A stretch of DNA of 39,092 bases from an uncultured Streptococcus sp. (GCA_915063165.1 CAJZDE010000001.1:1-39092); one strand, 5' to 3'; positions 21,056 to 32,130 are shown, numbered from the stretch's first letter. The notes: generated by a model from the sequence alone, not told the origin. Made by a program: numbers and translations.

Positions 21056-22738
21056 ATGATGACGAACATAAAACCGCATGGACCATTACCAAGCCAGGCC
21101 CAGCTAGTTTATTTAGAGGATGAACTAGCTGCCTTTATCCATTTTGGTCCCAATACCTTTTATGACCAGGAATGGGGAAGTGGGCAAGAGGATCCTATGC
21201 GTTTTAACCCGACCAAGTTGGATGCGCGTGAATGGGTTCGGGTACTCAAAGAAACGGGTTTTAAAAAGCTGATTTTGGTGGTGAAGCACCACGATGGCTT
21301 TGTCCTCTACCCGACAGCACATACAGATTATTCGGTCAAGGCTAGCCCTTGGAGGGATGGAAAGGGGGACTTGCTCCTTGAGGTTTCCCAAGCTGTGACT
21401 GAGTTTGATATGGATATGGGAGTGTATTTGTCTCCTTGGGATGCTCACAGTCCCCTCTATCACGTGGACCGAGAAGCAGACTACAATGCCTACTATCTGG
21501 CTCAATTGAAGGAAATCTTATCAAATCCTGCCTATGGAAATGCTGGTAAGTTCACTGAGGTGTGGATGGATGGTGCTCGAGGCGAAGGGGCCCAGAAAGT
21601 CAACTATGAGTTTGAGACTTGGTTTGAAACCATTCGTGACTTGCAGGGCGATTGTTTGATTTTCTCAACTGAAGGGACCAGTATCCGCTGGATTGGAAAT
21701 GAACGAGGCTATGCAGGGGATCCCTTGTGGCAAAAAGTCAAGCCAGATCAGTTGGGGACAGAGGCGGAATTAGATTATCTACAGCACGGAGACCCCTTTG
21801 GGACGCTATTTTCAATCGGTGAGGCAGATGTTTCTCTTAGGCCGGGCTGGTTTTACCATGAGGATCAGGATCCTAAGTCTCTGGAGGAGTTGGTCGAAAT
21901 CTACTTTCACTCGGTAGGGCGGGGAACTCCACTCTTGCTTAATATCCCACCGAACCAAGATGGCCTCTTTGATGAAAAGGATATCCAGCGTCTCTATGAA
22001 TTTGCTGCCTACCGTGATGAGCTCTATAGGGAATATTTGGCTTTGGGAGCCAAGGTATCTGGCCCTGCTCTATCACCAGACTTTGTTTGTCATCATCTGA
22101 CAGATGGACTGGAGGCTAGTTCTTGGGCAAGTGATGCAGAGTTGCCAATCCAATTAGAGCTCGATTTAGGATCACCTAAAACTTTTGATGTGATTGAGTT
22201 AAGAGAAGATTTGAAGCTAGGGCAACGCATCGCCGCTTTCCGTGTTCAGGTAGAGTTGGATGGTGTCTGGCAGGAGTTTGGTTTTGGCTATACTGTTGGC
22301 TACAAACGTCTCTTACGAGGATCAGTCGTTGAGGCGCAAAAGATACGCGTGACCATTACAGAGGTACAGGCTTTGCCTTTGTTGACCAAGATTTCACTCT
22401 ATAAAACACCTACCTTGTCGAAAAAAGAAACTGTTCAGCAACTAGAGTTCTCAGAAAAAAGTCTGGCTGTGACCAAGGGAGAAAATGTCCACTTTACAGT
22501 GAAGCGAAGAGAATCTAGCAGTCCTTTAGAAGCTAAGATTTCGATTCAACCAGGGACGGGTGTGCATGGTGTCGCTTATCGGGACGAGATTCAAGTCCTT
22601 GAGTTTCAAGTTGGCGAGACTGAAAAAAAGCTAACGCTACCAACCTTGTATTTTGCAGGAGATAAAACCTTGGACTTTTATCTGAATCTGACGGTAGATG
22701 GGCAGCTGGTTGACCAGCTTCAGGTCCAAGTTTCATAA
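21056..22738 (+). CDS. Alpha-L-fucosidase, GH29 (SpGH29-like)
   Basis: FIHFGPNTF, KHHDGF, YLSPWD, EVWMDGA, IRWIGNE, RPGWFYH, LLLNIPP. Start at 21056 or 21059 preferred over 20999. Confidence 0.92.
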   Translation: MMTNIKPHGPLPSQAQLVYLEDELAAFIHFGPNTFYDQEWGSGQEDPMRFNPTKLDAREWVRVLKETGFKKLILVVKHHDGFVLYPTAHTDYSVKASPWRDGKGDLLLEVSQAVTEFDMDMGVYLSPWDAHSPLYHVDREADYNAYYLAQLKEILSNPAYGNAGKFTEVWMDGARGEGAQKVNYEFETWFETIRDLQGDCLIFSTEGTSIRWIGNERGYAGDPLWQKVKPDQLGTEAELDYLQHGDPFGTLFSIGEADVSLRPGWFYHEDQDPKSLEELVEIYFHSVGRGTPLLLNIPPNQDGLFDEKDIQRLYEFAAYRDELYREYLALGAKVSGPALSPDFVCHHLTDGLEASSWASDAELPIQLELDLGSPKTFDVIELREDLKLGQRIAAFRVQVELDGVWQEFGFGYTVGYKRLLRGSVVEAQKIRVTITEVQALPLLTKISLYKTPTLSKKETVQQLEFSEKSLAVTKGENVHFTVKRRESSSPLEAKISIQPGTGVHGVAYRDEIQVLEFQVGETEKKLTLPTLYFAGDKTLDFYLNLTVDGQLVDQLQVQVS

Positions 22739-22772
22739 AAGAAGAACCTTTGCGCGATGCAAAGGTTCTTTT
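22738..22772. terminator. Bidirectional terminator between GH29 and GH92
   Basis: AAGAACCTTTGC-gcgat-GCAAAGGTTCTT. Confidence 0.85.
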
Positions 22773-22774
22773 GG

Positions 22775-24862
22775 TTAGGAGTGATTTGGTAGCCAGCTGA
22801 GGGTGAAGGTCAGTTGCTCAGCTTTCAAGAGGTCTTGGTGTTGGATGCTAGATACAGGGGTCTTGTCCAATCGACACTCTTTGACAAAGTTAAAATGGCT
22901 GTAGTTTTGTTCAGCATAGATATCCAACCATTTATTTTCTTTAGCCAGGTAGACACGCAGATGGTCAAAGAGGGGAATTCCGAGGTCGTAGCTTGGTTTG
23001 CCTGGACAGGTCGGGTAGAATCCAAGAGCCGACCAGATGTACCAAGCAGAGAGACTACCGTTGTCCTCATCGCCAGGATAGGCTTGCCAACTTGGGTGAA
23101 AGGCTTTCTGACGTAGCGTCTTGATGAGAAGAGCAGTGTAGTCAGGGTAGTCACTGTAGCGGAAGAGATAAGGGATGTGGAAACTAGGTTGGTTGGAAAT
23201 GGCGACTTGTCCAAAAGGAGCAGTAGCCATCTCGCTCATCTCGTGAATCTCATAACCATAGCCGGTCGTTTCAAAGAGAGGAGCATCCTGACAGGCTTTC
23301 AAAAGGTAGCGACCAAAGGTTTCTTTTCCACCCATCAGTTGGATTAAGCTAGGGATGTCGTGTAGAACACCCAAAGTCGCTTGAATGGCTGAACATTCGG
23401 CGTAGTCTCGTCCCCAACTATAAGGGGAGAAGTCAGAGCGGAAGTTGCCTTGGTTGTCTCGCGCTCGCATGTAGCCCGTCGCAGTGTCAAATAGATTGCG
23501 GTAATTTTGTGACGAAGTTCTATAAGTTTCCGCGATGTCATTCTGACCTTGTTTTTCGGCACAGCTGGCGATGCAAAAATCACTATAGGCGTAGTCTAGG
23601 GTGTGGCTGACGCTTTCGTGGTGGTCAGTAGAGAGATAGCCTAACTCTTGGTATTGAGCTAAACCGTGGCGACCATTGATGCCGAGAGGGTCGGACTTGG
23701 TGGCTGTCTCCAGCATGGCTTGGAGGAGTTCTTCTTCCAAGTCGGGAGCCATTTCCTTGCAGGCGTTATCTGCGATAATGCCGTCCAATAGAGTACCAGG
23801 CATCATACCACGTTCATCTGGAGCCAGCCATTTAGGCAGGAATCCAGTATCGCGGTAGCTATTGAGGAAACCTTCTAGAAAGCGGTGATAGTGTTCTGGT
23901 ATAATAAGGGCAAAGAGAGGGAAGGTGGTGCGGAAGGTATCCCAGAAACCATTGTTGCTAAAGAGGACACCGGGCTTGACAGTACCAGTAGACAAATCCA
24001 TGTGGATGGCTTGCCCTGACTCGTTCACCTCATAAAATGTCTGTGGGAAGAGGAAGAGTCTGTAGAGGCAGTGGTCAAAGAAGGTCCGGTCGGCTTCCCC
24101 TGTCTCCACGATATCAAAACGGTGGAGGAGATTTTCCCAGTCCGCTGTCGCACTTGCTTTACAGCTATCAAAGTCCTTTTGAGGTAGATTAAGCAGTGCT
24201 TGAGAAGGCGAGATGAAAGAAGTTGCTAGCTGGATTTCAGCATGACTATCTTTCAGGTCAATTCGCCAGTCTCCCTCTTCTTGTGTGATAGCAAGAATAT
24301 CCGTATTCATTTGCAGGACTGTGAACAGTATCAGCGGATTTTTGTTGGTCTCTGTTTTTCCCTCTTGACGCAGGGCAAGAGTCCGCTTATCTATTTGTTC
24401 TACTGTCAGTTCATCTGCTGCGTGAAGATAGAGGGAGAGGGCTTTGCCTTGCTTTTGCTCCAAACGAATAGAAGCGCCATAGCAAGTCGGTGTAAGCTGG
24501 GTTTCAATCTGATAACGCAGGGAGAAAATCTTCAGATAATGAGGTTGGAAAGAGGCCTTATCCCTATCATAGGAAGACTGACGATGAAAGAGACTGTTTC
24601 CCCCAGGCTGACCTGTGACAGGTGTCAGAAGGAGCCATGAGTAGTCCCCAATCCAAGGGCTGGGCTGGTGGGTTAAACGAATCCCCTGAAAGATGGGCAG
24701 ATGCGGATCGAAGAACCAAGCTCCCTCCTGGTCACTGGTCTGAGGCACAAAGTAATTCATCCCAAAAGGTACGCCTGTGTAGGGCAGGGTATTTCCTCGA
24801 GAAAAGGCATGCTTGCTAGCAGTCCCAAAGCGGGTATCGATGGTTTCAAGTAGTGGTTTCAT
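22775..24862 (-). CDS. Alpha-1,2-mannosidase, GH92
   Basis: GNTLP...PFGM, THQPSPWIGDY, GFWDTFRT, SNQPSFH, PGDEDNGSLSAWY. Extended -10 on the minus strand at 24889-24897. Confidence 0.93.
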   Translation of the reverse strand: MKPLLETIDTRFGTASKHAFSRGNTLPYTGVPFGMNYFVPQTSDQEGAWFFDPHLPIFQGIRLTHQPSPWIGDYSWLLLTPVTGQPGGNSLFHRQSSYDRDKASFQPHYLKIFSLRYQIETQLTPTCYGASIRLEQKQGKALSLYLHAADELTVEQIDKRTLALRQEGKTETNKNPLILFTVLQMNTDILAITQEEGDWRIDLKDSHAEIQLATSFISPSQALLNLPQKDFDSCKASATADWENLLHRFDIVETGEADRTFFDHCLYRLFLFPQTFYEVNESGQAIHMDLSTGTVKPGVLFSNNGFWDTFRTTFPLFALIIPEHYHRFLEGFLNSYRDTGFLPKWLAPDERGMMPGTLLDGIIADNACKEMAPDLEEELLQAMLETATKSDPLGINGRHGLAQYQELGYLSTDHHESVSHTLDYAYSDFCIASCAEKQGQNDIAETYRTSSQNYRNLFDTATGYMRARDNQGNFRSDFSPYSWGRDYAECSAIQATLGVLHDIPSLIQLMGGKETFGRYLLKACQDAPLFETTGYGYEIHEMSEMATAPFGQVAISNQPSFHIPYLFRYSDYPDYTALLIKTLRQKAFHPSWQAYPGDEDNGSLSAWYIWSALGFYPTCPGKPSYDLGIPLFDHLRVYLAKENKWLDIYAEQNYSHFNFVKECRLDKTPVSSIQHQDLLKAEQLTFTLSWLPNHS

Positions 24863-25033
24863 AGTCTTTCCTTTAGATGTTTTTCTACATTATATCAGAA
24901 AAATGAGACCTTTAGAGATGGGGTTCGAAAGTAAGCAATTTTGTAGAAAAATGACTATCATTTGTGTATGTATTTTCTGTCTCAAAAACTATATACTGAA
25001 CATGAAACTTGTTTGAAAGAGGAAAAATTAAAA

Positions 25034-26314
25034 ATGGTTTATTCTAAAGAAATCGTCAGAGAATGGCTGGATGAAGTAGCAGAGCGTGCCAAGGACCATC
25101 CGGAGTGGGTGGATGTCTTTGAGCGTTGCTATACCGACACCTTGGACAATACGGTTGAGATTCTAGAAGATGGTTCAACCTTTGTATTGACAGGGGATAT
25201 TCCTGCCATGTGGCTTCGTGACTCGACGGCCCAACTCAGACCCTATCTTCATGTGGCTAAAAGAGATCCTCTCTTGCGTCAGACCATTGCAGGTTTGGTC
25301 AAGCGTCAGATGACCTTGGTGCTCAAGGATCCTTATGCCAACTCCTTTAACATTGAGGAGAACTGGAAGGGCCACCACGAGACTGACCACACAGATCTTA
25401 ACGGCTGGATCTGGGAACGCAAGTATGAGGTGGACTCGCTTTGCTATCCTTTGCAGCTGGCTTATCTCCTTTGGAAAGAAACAGGGGAAACCAGCCAGTT
25501 TGATGAAACTTTTGTCACAGCAACTAAGGAAATCCTTCATCTCTGGACAGTAGAGCAAGATCACAACAACTCTCCTTATCGTTTTGTTCGTGATACAGAC
25601 CGTAAGGAAGACACTTTGGTAAATGATGGCTTTGGACCTGACTTTGCAGTGACAGGTATGACCTGGTCAGCCTTCCGTCCAAGTGATGATTGCTGTCAGT
25701 ATAGCTATTTGATTCCATCCAATATGTTTGCCGTAGTTGTCTTGGGTTATGTCCAAGAAATCTTTGCAGAATTGAATCTAGCTGATAGCGAGAGTGTCAT
25801 CGCAGACGCTAAACGCCTGCAAGCAGAGATCCAAGAAGGGATCGAAAACTATGCCTACACCACCAATAGCAAGGGTGAAAAGATTTACGCCTTTGAAGTG
25901 GATGGTCTAGGAAATGCTAGCATCATGGATGATCCAAATGTTCCAAGTTTGTTGGCTGCTCCTTATCTGGGCTATTGCGACATTGAAGATGAAGTGTATC
26001 AAGCAACTCGTCGTACCATTCTGAGCCCTGAAAATCCATACTTCTACCAAGGAGAATACGCTAGCGGTCTCGGAAGTTCTCATACCTTCTACCGCTATAT
26101 CTGGCCAATCGCCCTTTCTATCCAAGGCTTGACAACAAGAGATAAGGCGGAGAAGAAATTCTTGCTCGATCAGCTCGTTGCCTGCGATGGTGGCACAGGT
26201 GTCATGCACGAAAGCTTCCACGTAGATGATCCAACGCTCTACTCTCGCGAATGGTTCTCATGGGCCAACATGATGTTCTGTGAGTTAGTCTTGGATTACC
26301 TGGGTATTCGCTAA
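25034..26314 (+). CDS. Exo-alpha-1,6-mannosidase, GH125
   Basis: TGDIPAMWLRDS, WERKYEVDSL, FRPSDD, MDDPNVPSLL, HESF, REWFSWAN. RBS GAGG before ATG 25034. Confidence 0.93.
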   Translation: MVYSKEIVREWLDEVAERAKDHPEWVDVFERCYTDTLDNTVEILEDGSTFVLTGDIPAMWLRDSTAQLRPYLHVAKRDPLLRQTIAGLVKRQMTLVLKDPYANSFNIEENWKGHHETDHTDLNGWIWERKYEVDSLCYPLQLAYLLWKETGETSQFDETFVTATKEILHLWTVEQDHNNSPYRFVRDTDRKEDTLVNDGFGPDFAVTGMTWSAFRPSDDCCQYSYLIPSNMFAVVVLGYVQEIFAELNLADSESVIADAKRLQAEIQEGIENYAYTTNSKGEKIYAFEVDGLGNASIMDDPNVPSLLAAPYLGYCDIEDEVYQATRRTILSPENPYFYQGEYASGLGSSHTFYRYIWPIALSIQGLTTRDKAEKKFLLDQLVACDGGTGVMHESFHVDDPTLYSREWFSWANMMFCELVLDYLGIR

Positions 26315-26391
26315 TGAGCCTTAGCTCAATAGGTTCTTGCAAAGAATCACAAATATATTTTTAAATTTAAGTTAGAATGAGGTTTTACTTC

Positions 26392-29037
26392 ATGGAAAAT
26401 GTTGTCGTACATATTATCTCACACAGTCACTGGGACCGTGAGTGGTACTTGCCTTTTGAAAGCCACCGTATGCAGTTGGTGGAGTTATTTGATAATCTTT
26501 TTGATCTTTTTGAAAATGATCCTGAGTTCAAGAGCTTCCACTTGGATGGTCAAACCATTGTCCTTGATGACTACTTGGAAATTCGCCCTGAAAATCGCGA
26601 CAAAGTCCAAGGTTACATCGACCAAGGCAAACTCAAAATTGGTCCCTTTTACATCTTGCAGGATGACTACTTGATTTCCAGCGAAGCCAATGTTCGCAAT
26701 ACCTTGATAGGTCAAGCAGAATGTGCAAAATGGGGCAAATCAACTCAGATTGGTTACTTCCCAGATACCTTTGGAAATATGGGACAAGCGCCTCAAATCC
26801 TTCAAAAATCAGGCATTCACGTGGCAGCCTTTGGCCGTGGTGTGAAGCCGATTGGCTTTGACAACCAAGTCCTCGAAGATGAGCAGTTTACTTCCCAGTT
26901 TTCAGAAATGTACTGGCAGGGTGCGGACGGAAGTCGTGTTCTCGGTATCCTCTTTGCCAACTGGTATAGTAATGGGAATGAAATCCCAGTTGATAAGGAT
27001 GAAGCCTTGGCCTTTTGGAAACAAAAACTGTCAGATGTGCGTGACTACGCCTCGACCAACCAATGGTTGATGATGAACGGATGTGACCACCAGCCTGTAC
27101 AGCGAAATCTGAGTGAAGCTATTCGTGTGGCAAATGAACTCTTCCCAGATGTGACCTTTGTGCATAGTTCCTTTGATGACTATATCCACGCAGTAGAAAG
27201 TGCTCTGCCTGAGCAACTATCTACGGTTACAGGTGAGTTGACCAGCCAGGAAACAGATGGCTGGTACACACTTGCCAACACTTCTTCTTCACGTATTTAC
27301 CTCAAACAAGCTTTCCAAGAAAATAGCAACCTGCTAGAACAAGTAGTGGAACCATTGACTGTCATCACTGGTGGACATAACCACAAGGACCAGTTGACCT
27401 ATGCTTGGAAAGTCCTTCTACAAAATGCGCCCCATGATAGTATCTGTGGCTGTAGTATTGACGAAGTTCACCGTGAGATGGAAACACGTTTTGCCAAGGT
27501 CAACCAAGTCGGTAACTTTGTAAAAACTAACCTTCTCAACGAGTGGAAGGGTAAAATTGCAACCCACGAAGCCCAAAGCGACCATCTCTTTACGGTCATC
27601 AATACAGGCTTGCATGACAAGGTTGATACGGTCAGCACAGTGATTGATGTGGCGACTTGTGATTTCAAAGAATTGCACCCAACAGAAGGCTACAAGAAAA
27701 TGGCAGCCTTGACCTTGCCAAGCTACCGTGTCGAAGACTTGGAAGGGCACGCTATAGAAGCGAAAATCGAAGATCTGGGAGCTAATTTTGAGTATGATTT
27801 GCCCAAAGACAAGTTCCGTCAAGCTCGTATCGCTCGACAAGTGCGCGTGACAGTCCCTGTTCATCTGGCACCACTTTCTTGGACAACCTTCCAATTGCTT
27901 GAAGGAGAACAAGAAGGCCGTGACGGTATTTACCAAAATGGAGTGATTGATACGCCATTTGTAACGATAAGTGTGGATGAAAATATCACGGTCTACGACA
28001 AGACAACTCATGAAGCTTATGAAGATGTTATCCGCTTTGAAGACCGTGGTGACATCGGAAATGAGTACATCTATTTCCAACCAAAAGGAACAGAGCCTAT
28101 CTACGCAGAACTCAAAGGCTATGAAGTCTTGGAAAATACAGCACGTTTTGCTAAGATCTTGCTCAAGCATGAATTGACAATTCCAGTAAGTGCAGACGAA
28201 AAATTAGATGCAGAACAAAGAGGCATCATCGAGTTTATGACGCGTGAAGCTGGACGTTCAGATGAACTGACAAGCATTCTTCTTGAAACAGAGATGACCG
28301 TCTTTGTTGATAATCCACAAATACGCTTCAAGACTCGCTTTACTAACACAGCCAAGGACCACCGTATCCGTCTCTTGGTCAAGACTCATAACACACTTCC
28401 AAGCAATGACTCTGAAAGCATCTATGAGGTGGTGACAAGACCAAATAAACCAGCTGCTTCTTGGGAAAATCCTGAAAATCCACAACATCAACAAGCCTTT
28501 GTCAGCCTTTATGATGATGAAAAAGGAGTGACGGTAGCCAATAAAGGATTACACGAGTATGAAATCCTTGGAGACGATACGATTGCAGTGACCATTCTTC
28601 GTGCCTCAGGTGAGCTAGGTGACTGGGGTTACTTCCCGACACCAGAGGCTCAGTGCTTGCGTGAGTTTGAAGTCGAGTTTGCTCTCGAATGCCACCAAGC
28701 ACAAGAACGCTTCTCAGCCTTCCGTCGTGCCAAAGCCTTCCAAACGCCATTCACTAGTCTTCAGGTTGCTAAACAAGAAGGAAGTGTTGCTGCGACTGGT
28801 AGCCTCTTGAGTCATGCGGCACTCAGCTTACCACAAGTTTGCCCAACAGCCTTTAAAGTGGCGGAAAATGAAGAAGGATATGTACTTCGTTACTACAATA
28901 TGAGCCAAGAAAATGTGCGCATATCTGAACACCAACAAACCATTCTGGACTTACTTGAACGACCATATCCAGTTCATTCAGGACTATTGGCTCCACAAGA
29001 AATTCGTACAGAATTGATTAAAAAAGAAGACATTTAA
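26392..29037 (+). CDS. Alpha-mannosidase, GH38
   Basis: HSHWDREWY, FHLDGQ, PDTFG, NGCDHQ, HDSICGCS. Start 26392 (MENVV) has a GAGG RBS; 26377 is the alternative. Confidence 0.93.
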   Translation: MENVVVHIISHSHWDREWYLPFESHRMQLVELFDNLFDLFENDPEFKSFHLDGQTIVLDDYLEIRPENRDKVQGYIDQGKLKIGPFYILQDDYLISSEANVRNTLIGQAECAKWGKSTQIGYFPDTFGNMGQAPQILQKSGIHVAAFGRGVKPIGFDNQVLEDEQFTSQFSEMYWQGADGSRVLGILFANWYSNGNEIPVDKDEALAFWKQKLSDVRDYASTNQWLMMNGCDHQPVQRNLSEAIRVANELFPDVTFVHSSFDDYIHAVESALPEQLSTVTGELTSQETDGWYTLANTSSSRIYLKQAFQENSNLLEQVVEPLTVITGGHNHKDQLTYAWKVLLQNAPHDSICGCSIDEVHREMETRFAKVNQVGNFVKTNLLNEWKGKIATHEAQSDHLFTVINTGLHDKVDTVSTVIDVATCDFKELHPTEGYKKMAALTLPSYRVEDLEGHAIEAKIEDLGANFEYDLPKDKFRQARIARQVRVTVPVHLAPLSWTTFQLLEGEQEGRDGIYQNGVIDTPFVTISVDENITVYDKTTHEAYEDVIRFEDRGDIGNEYIYFQPKGTEPIYAELKGYEVLENTARFAKILLKHELTIPVSADEKLDAEQRGIIEFMTREAGRSDELTSILLETEMTVFVDNPQIRFKTRFTNTAKDHRIRLLVKTHNTLPSNDSESIYEVVTRPNKPAASWENPENPQHQQAFVSLYDDEKGVTVANKGLHEYEILGDDTIAVTILRASGELGDWGYFPTPEAQCLREFEVEFALECHQAQERFSAFRRAKAFQTPFTSLQVAKQEGSVAATGSLLSHAALSLPQVCPTAFKVAENEEGYVLRYYNMSQENVRISEHQQTILDLLERPYPVHSGLLAPQEIRTELIKKEDI

Positions 29038-29133
29038 CAGTTTTAAAGTGTTTGATAACGAATACTATGAGATAGAAAGGAGGGGCGAAAGAGTAAGGAT
29101 TAACTACTGATTCGTCCCTTTTTTGGTGAAAAT

Positions 29134-30003
29134 ATGACCATTGCAACCATTGATATCGGAGGGACTGGGATTAAGTTTGCCAGTCTGACTCCTGATGGAA
29201 AAATACTAGATAAGACAAGTACACCGACACCAGAAACCCTAGAAGATTTACTGGCATGGCTAGACAAATGCTTGGCAGAGAAAGATTATAAGGGCATTGC
29301 CATGAGCGTTCCAGGCGCGGTCAATCAAGAAACAGGTGTAATTGAGGGAATCAGTGCCGTACCTTATATTCACGGTTTTTCTTGGTATGAGGCCCTTGCT
29401 CATCATCAGCTACCTGTCCATCTAGAAAATGATGCCAACTGTGTTGGACTTAGTGAACTGCTAGCTCATCCAGAGATTGAAAATGCAGCCTGTGTCGTGA
29501 TTGGGACAGGAATCGGCGGAGCTATGATTATCAATGGCAAACTTCACCGAGGTCGCCACGGCTTAGGTGGTGAGTTTGGCTATATGACAATCATTGCACC
29601 AGCAGAAAAGCTCAACAACTGGTCGCAACTAGCATCTACAGGAAACATGGTCCGCTACGTAATTGAAAAGTCAGGTCAGACTGACTGGGACGGTCGCAAG
29701 ATTTACCAAGAAGCTGCAGCAGGCAATGCCCTTTGTCAAGAAGCCATTGAGCGCATGAACCGTAATCTGGCTCAAGGCTTGCTCAATATCCAGTATCTGA
29801 TCGATCCAGATGTCATTAGTCTGGGAGGCTCTATCAGTCAAAATCCAGATTTTATCCAAGGTGTCAAAAAAGCTGTCGATGAATTTGTCGAAACCTACGA
29901 AGAATACACAGTCGCACCAGTTATCCAAGCTTGCACCTATCATGCAGATGCCAATCTCTATGGTGCCCTTGTCAACTGGTTGCAGGAGGAAAACCAATGG
30001 TAA
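29134..30003 (+). CDS. ROK-family sugar kinase
   Basis: IDIGGT, ENDANC, GTGIGGA, GEFG. No N-terminal HTH. Confidence 0.9.
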   Translation: MTIATIDIGGTGIKFASLTPDGKILDKTSTPTPETLEDLLAWLDKCLAEKDYKGIAMSVPGAVNQETGVIEGISAVPYIHGFSWYEALAHHQLPVHLENDANCVGLSELLAHPEIENAACVVIGTGIGGAMIINGKLHRGRHGLGGEFGYMTIIAPAEKLNNWSQLASTGNMVRYVIEKSGQTDWDGRKIYQEAAAGNALCQEAIERMNRNLAQGLLNIQYLIDPDVISLGGSISQNPDFIQGVKKAVDEFVETYEEYTVAPVIQACTYHADANLYGALVNWLQEENQW

Positions 30004-31877
30004 GATTTACAGGACTTAGTCCCAAACAAGAGCAAGCATTAGAGTTGCTTAAAAAGCACATTTCGCTAGCAGATGTAGAGGTAGCAGTCGCTCAGTCTGA
30101 CCAAGCCTCTATCTCTATCAAGGGTGAGGATGGCCACTATCAACTGACTTATGACAAACCGCACCAATTGTATCGCGCCTTGTCCTTGTTGGCAACAGCT
30201 CTAGTAGAAGGTGATAAGATAGAGATTGAAGAACAAGCTGCTTACGAAGATTTAGCTTACATGGCTGACTGTTCCCGAAATGCAGTTCTAAATGTCGCTT
30301 CTGCCAAACAGATGGTTGAAGTTCTGGCTCTCATGGGCTACTCAACTTTTGAGCTCTACATGGAAGATACTTATCAAATCGAGGGGCAACCCTACTTTGG
30401 TTATTTCCGTGGTGCCTATTCGGCTGAGGAGTTGCAGGAAATCGAAGCCTATGCCCAACAGTTTGACATGACCTTTGTGCCTTGCATCCAGACCTTGGCC
30501 CACTTGTCAGCCTTTGTCAAATGGAGTGTCAAAGAAGTGCAAGAGCTCCGTGATGTAGAAGATATTCTCCTCATTGGCGAAGAAAAAGTTTACGACCTAA
30601 TTGACGGCATGTTTGCGACGTTATCTAAACTACAAACACGCAAGGTCAATATCGGGATGGATGAAGCCCACTTGGTTGGTTTGGGACGCTACCTCATTCT
30701 GAACGGTGTTGTGGACCGTAGTCTCCTCATGTGTCAACACTTGGAGCGCGTGCTAGATATTGCTGACAAATATGGTTTCCACTGCCAGATGTGGAGCGAT
30801 ATGTTCTTTAAACTCATGTCAGCAGATGGTCAGTACGACCGTGATGTGGAAATTCCTGAGGAAACTCGTGTCTACCTAGACCGTCTCAAAGACCGTGTGA
30901 CCTTGGTTTACTGGGATTATTACCAGTATAGCGAGGAAAAATACAATCGTAATTTCCGCAATCACCACAAGATTAGCCAGGATATCGCCTTTGCAGGTGG
31001 AGCTTGGAAGTGGATTGGTTTCACACCCAACAACCATTTCAGCCGTCTCATTGCTGTAGAAGCCAACAAAGCCTGTCGTGCTAACGACATCAAAGAAGTC
31101 ATTGTAACGGGTTGGGGAGACAATGGTGGTGAAACAGCCCAATTCTCTATTCTACCAAGTCTGCAAATCTGGGCAGAGCTCAGCTACCGCAATGACCTAG
31201 ACCGTCTGTCTGCTCACTTCAAGACCAATACAGGTTTATCAATTGAGGACTTTATGCAGATTGACCTAGCCAACCTCTTGCCAGACTTGCCGGACAATCT
31301 CAGTGGTATCAATCCTAACCGCTATGTCTTTTATCAGGATGTTCTCTGTCCGATTCTTGATAGACACATGACACCTGAACAGGACAAACCGCACTTCGCT
31401 CAGGCAGCTGAGACGCTTGCTGAGATTAAAGAAAAAGCAGGCATTTACGCCTACCTCTTTGAAACTCAGGCCCAGTTGAATCACATTTTAAGCTCTAAAG
31501 TGGATGTGGGACGACGCATTCGTCAGGCCTACCAAACGGGTGATAAAGAAAATCTGAAAGAAATCGCTAGACAAGAATTACCAAAACTCAGAAGCGAGAT
31601 TGAACACTTCTATGCCCTCTTTAGCCGTCAATGGCTGAAAGAAAATAAGGTCTTTGGCTTGGATACAGTCGATATCCGTATGGGCGGGCTCTTGCAACGC
31701 ATCAAGCGAGCAGAAAGCCGCATCGAGGCTTATCTGGCAGGTCAGATTGACGGCATCGACGAGCTAGAAGTTGAAATCTTACCATTTACTGATTTCTACG
31801 CAGACAAGGATTTCGCAGCCACCACAGCCAATCAGTGGCATACTATTGCGACCGCATCGACGATTTATACGACTTAA
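29997..31877 (+). CDS. Beta-N-acetylhexosaminidase, GH20 (GH20C-like)
   Basis: [28 protein letters not shown] catalytic DE. RBS AGGAGG before ATG 29997. Confidence 0.9.
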   Translation: MVRFTGLSPKQEQALELLKKHISLADVEVAVAQSDQASISIKGEDGHYQLTYDKPHQLYRALSLLATALVEGDKIEIEEQAAYEDLAYMADCSRNAVLNVASAKQMVEVLALMGYSTFELYMEDTYQIEGQPYFGYFRGAYSAEELQEIEAYAQQFDMTFVPCIQTLAHLSAFVKWSVKEVQELRDVEDILLIGEEKVYDLIDGMFATLSKLQTRKVNIGMDEAHLVGLGRYLILNGVVDRSLLMCQHLERVLDIADKYGFHCQMWSDMFFKLMSADGQYDRDVEIPEETRVYLDRLKDRVTLVYWDYYQYSEEKYNRNFRNHHKISQDIAFAGGAWKWIGFTPNNHFSRLIAVEANKACRANDIKEVIVTGWGDNGGETAQFSILPSLQIWAELSYRNDLDRLSAHFKTNTGLSIEDFMQIDLANLLPDLPDNLSGINPNRYVFYQDVLCPILDRHMTPEQDKPHFAQAAETLAEIKEKAGIYAYLFETQAQLNHILSSKVDVGRRIRQAYQTGDKENLKEIARQELPKLRSEIEHFYALFSRQWLKENKVFGLDTVDIRMGGLLQRIKRAESRIEAYLAGQIDGIDELEVEILPFTDFYADKDFAATTANQWHTIATASTIYTT

Positions 31878-32073
31878 TACTCTTCGAAAATCTCTTCAAA
31901 CCACGTCAGCTTCGCCTTGCCGTAGGTATGGTTACTGACCTCGTCAGTCTTATCTACAACCTCAAAACAGTGTTTTGAGCTGACTTCGTCAGTTTTATCT
32001 GCAACCTCAAAGCAGTGCTTTGAGTAGCTTGCGGCTAGCTTCCTAGTTTGCTCTTTGATTTTCATTGAGTATA
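31875..32073 (+). repeat. BOX element, boxA-boxB2-boxC
   Basis: boxA TAATACTCTTCGAAAATCTCTTCAAACCACGTCAGC...; two 45-nt boxB units (31935-31979, 31980-32024); boxC ...GCGGCTAGCTTCCTAGTTTGCTCTTTGATTTTCATTGAGTATA. Confidence 0.95.
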
Positions 32074-32103
32074 AAAACAAGAACAGTGTCTTTTTGTTCA
32101 GAG

Positions 32104-32119
32104 TGTTTCTCGTGAAACC
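32104..32119. other. parS-like site (ParB/Spo0J binding)
   Basis: TGTTTCTCGTGAAACC, 14/16 identical to TGTTTCACGTGAAACA, intergenic. Confidence 0.6.
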
Positions 32120-32130
32120 TATTTCTTATA

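Noticed and set aside
20844..21092. 82-aa minus ORF and the 20999 extension of GH29
   Set aside because: Both run across the DnaA boxes (YPQ.VD is translated TTATCCACA/TGTGGATAA) and lack an RBS.
27418..28170. 250-aa antisense ORF inside GH38
   Set aside because: Shadow frame of a conserved gene, with no recognisable motifs. The same applies to the other short overlapping ORFs in the track.
31935..32024. 45-nt tandem repeat as a possible CRISPR array
   Set aside because: Directly adjacent boxB units with no spacers and no cas genes.
31874..32080. 68-aa minus-strand ORF
   Set aside because: Almost entirely the BOX element read in reverse (repeated KHCFEV.DKTDEVS = boxB); not treated as an independent gene.
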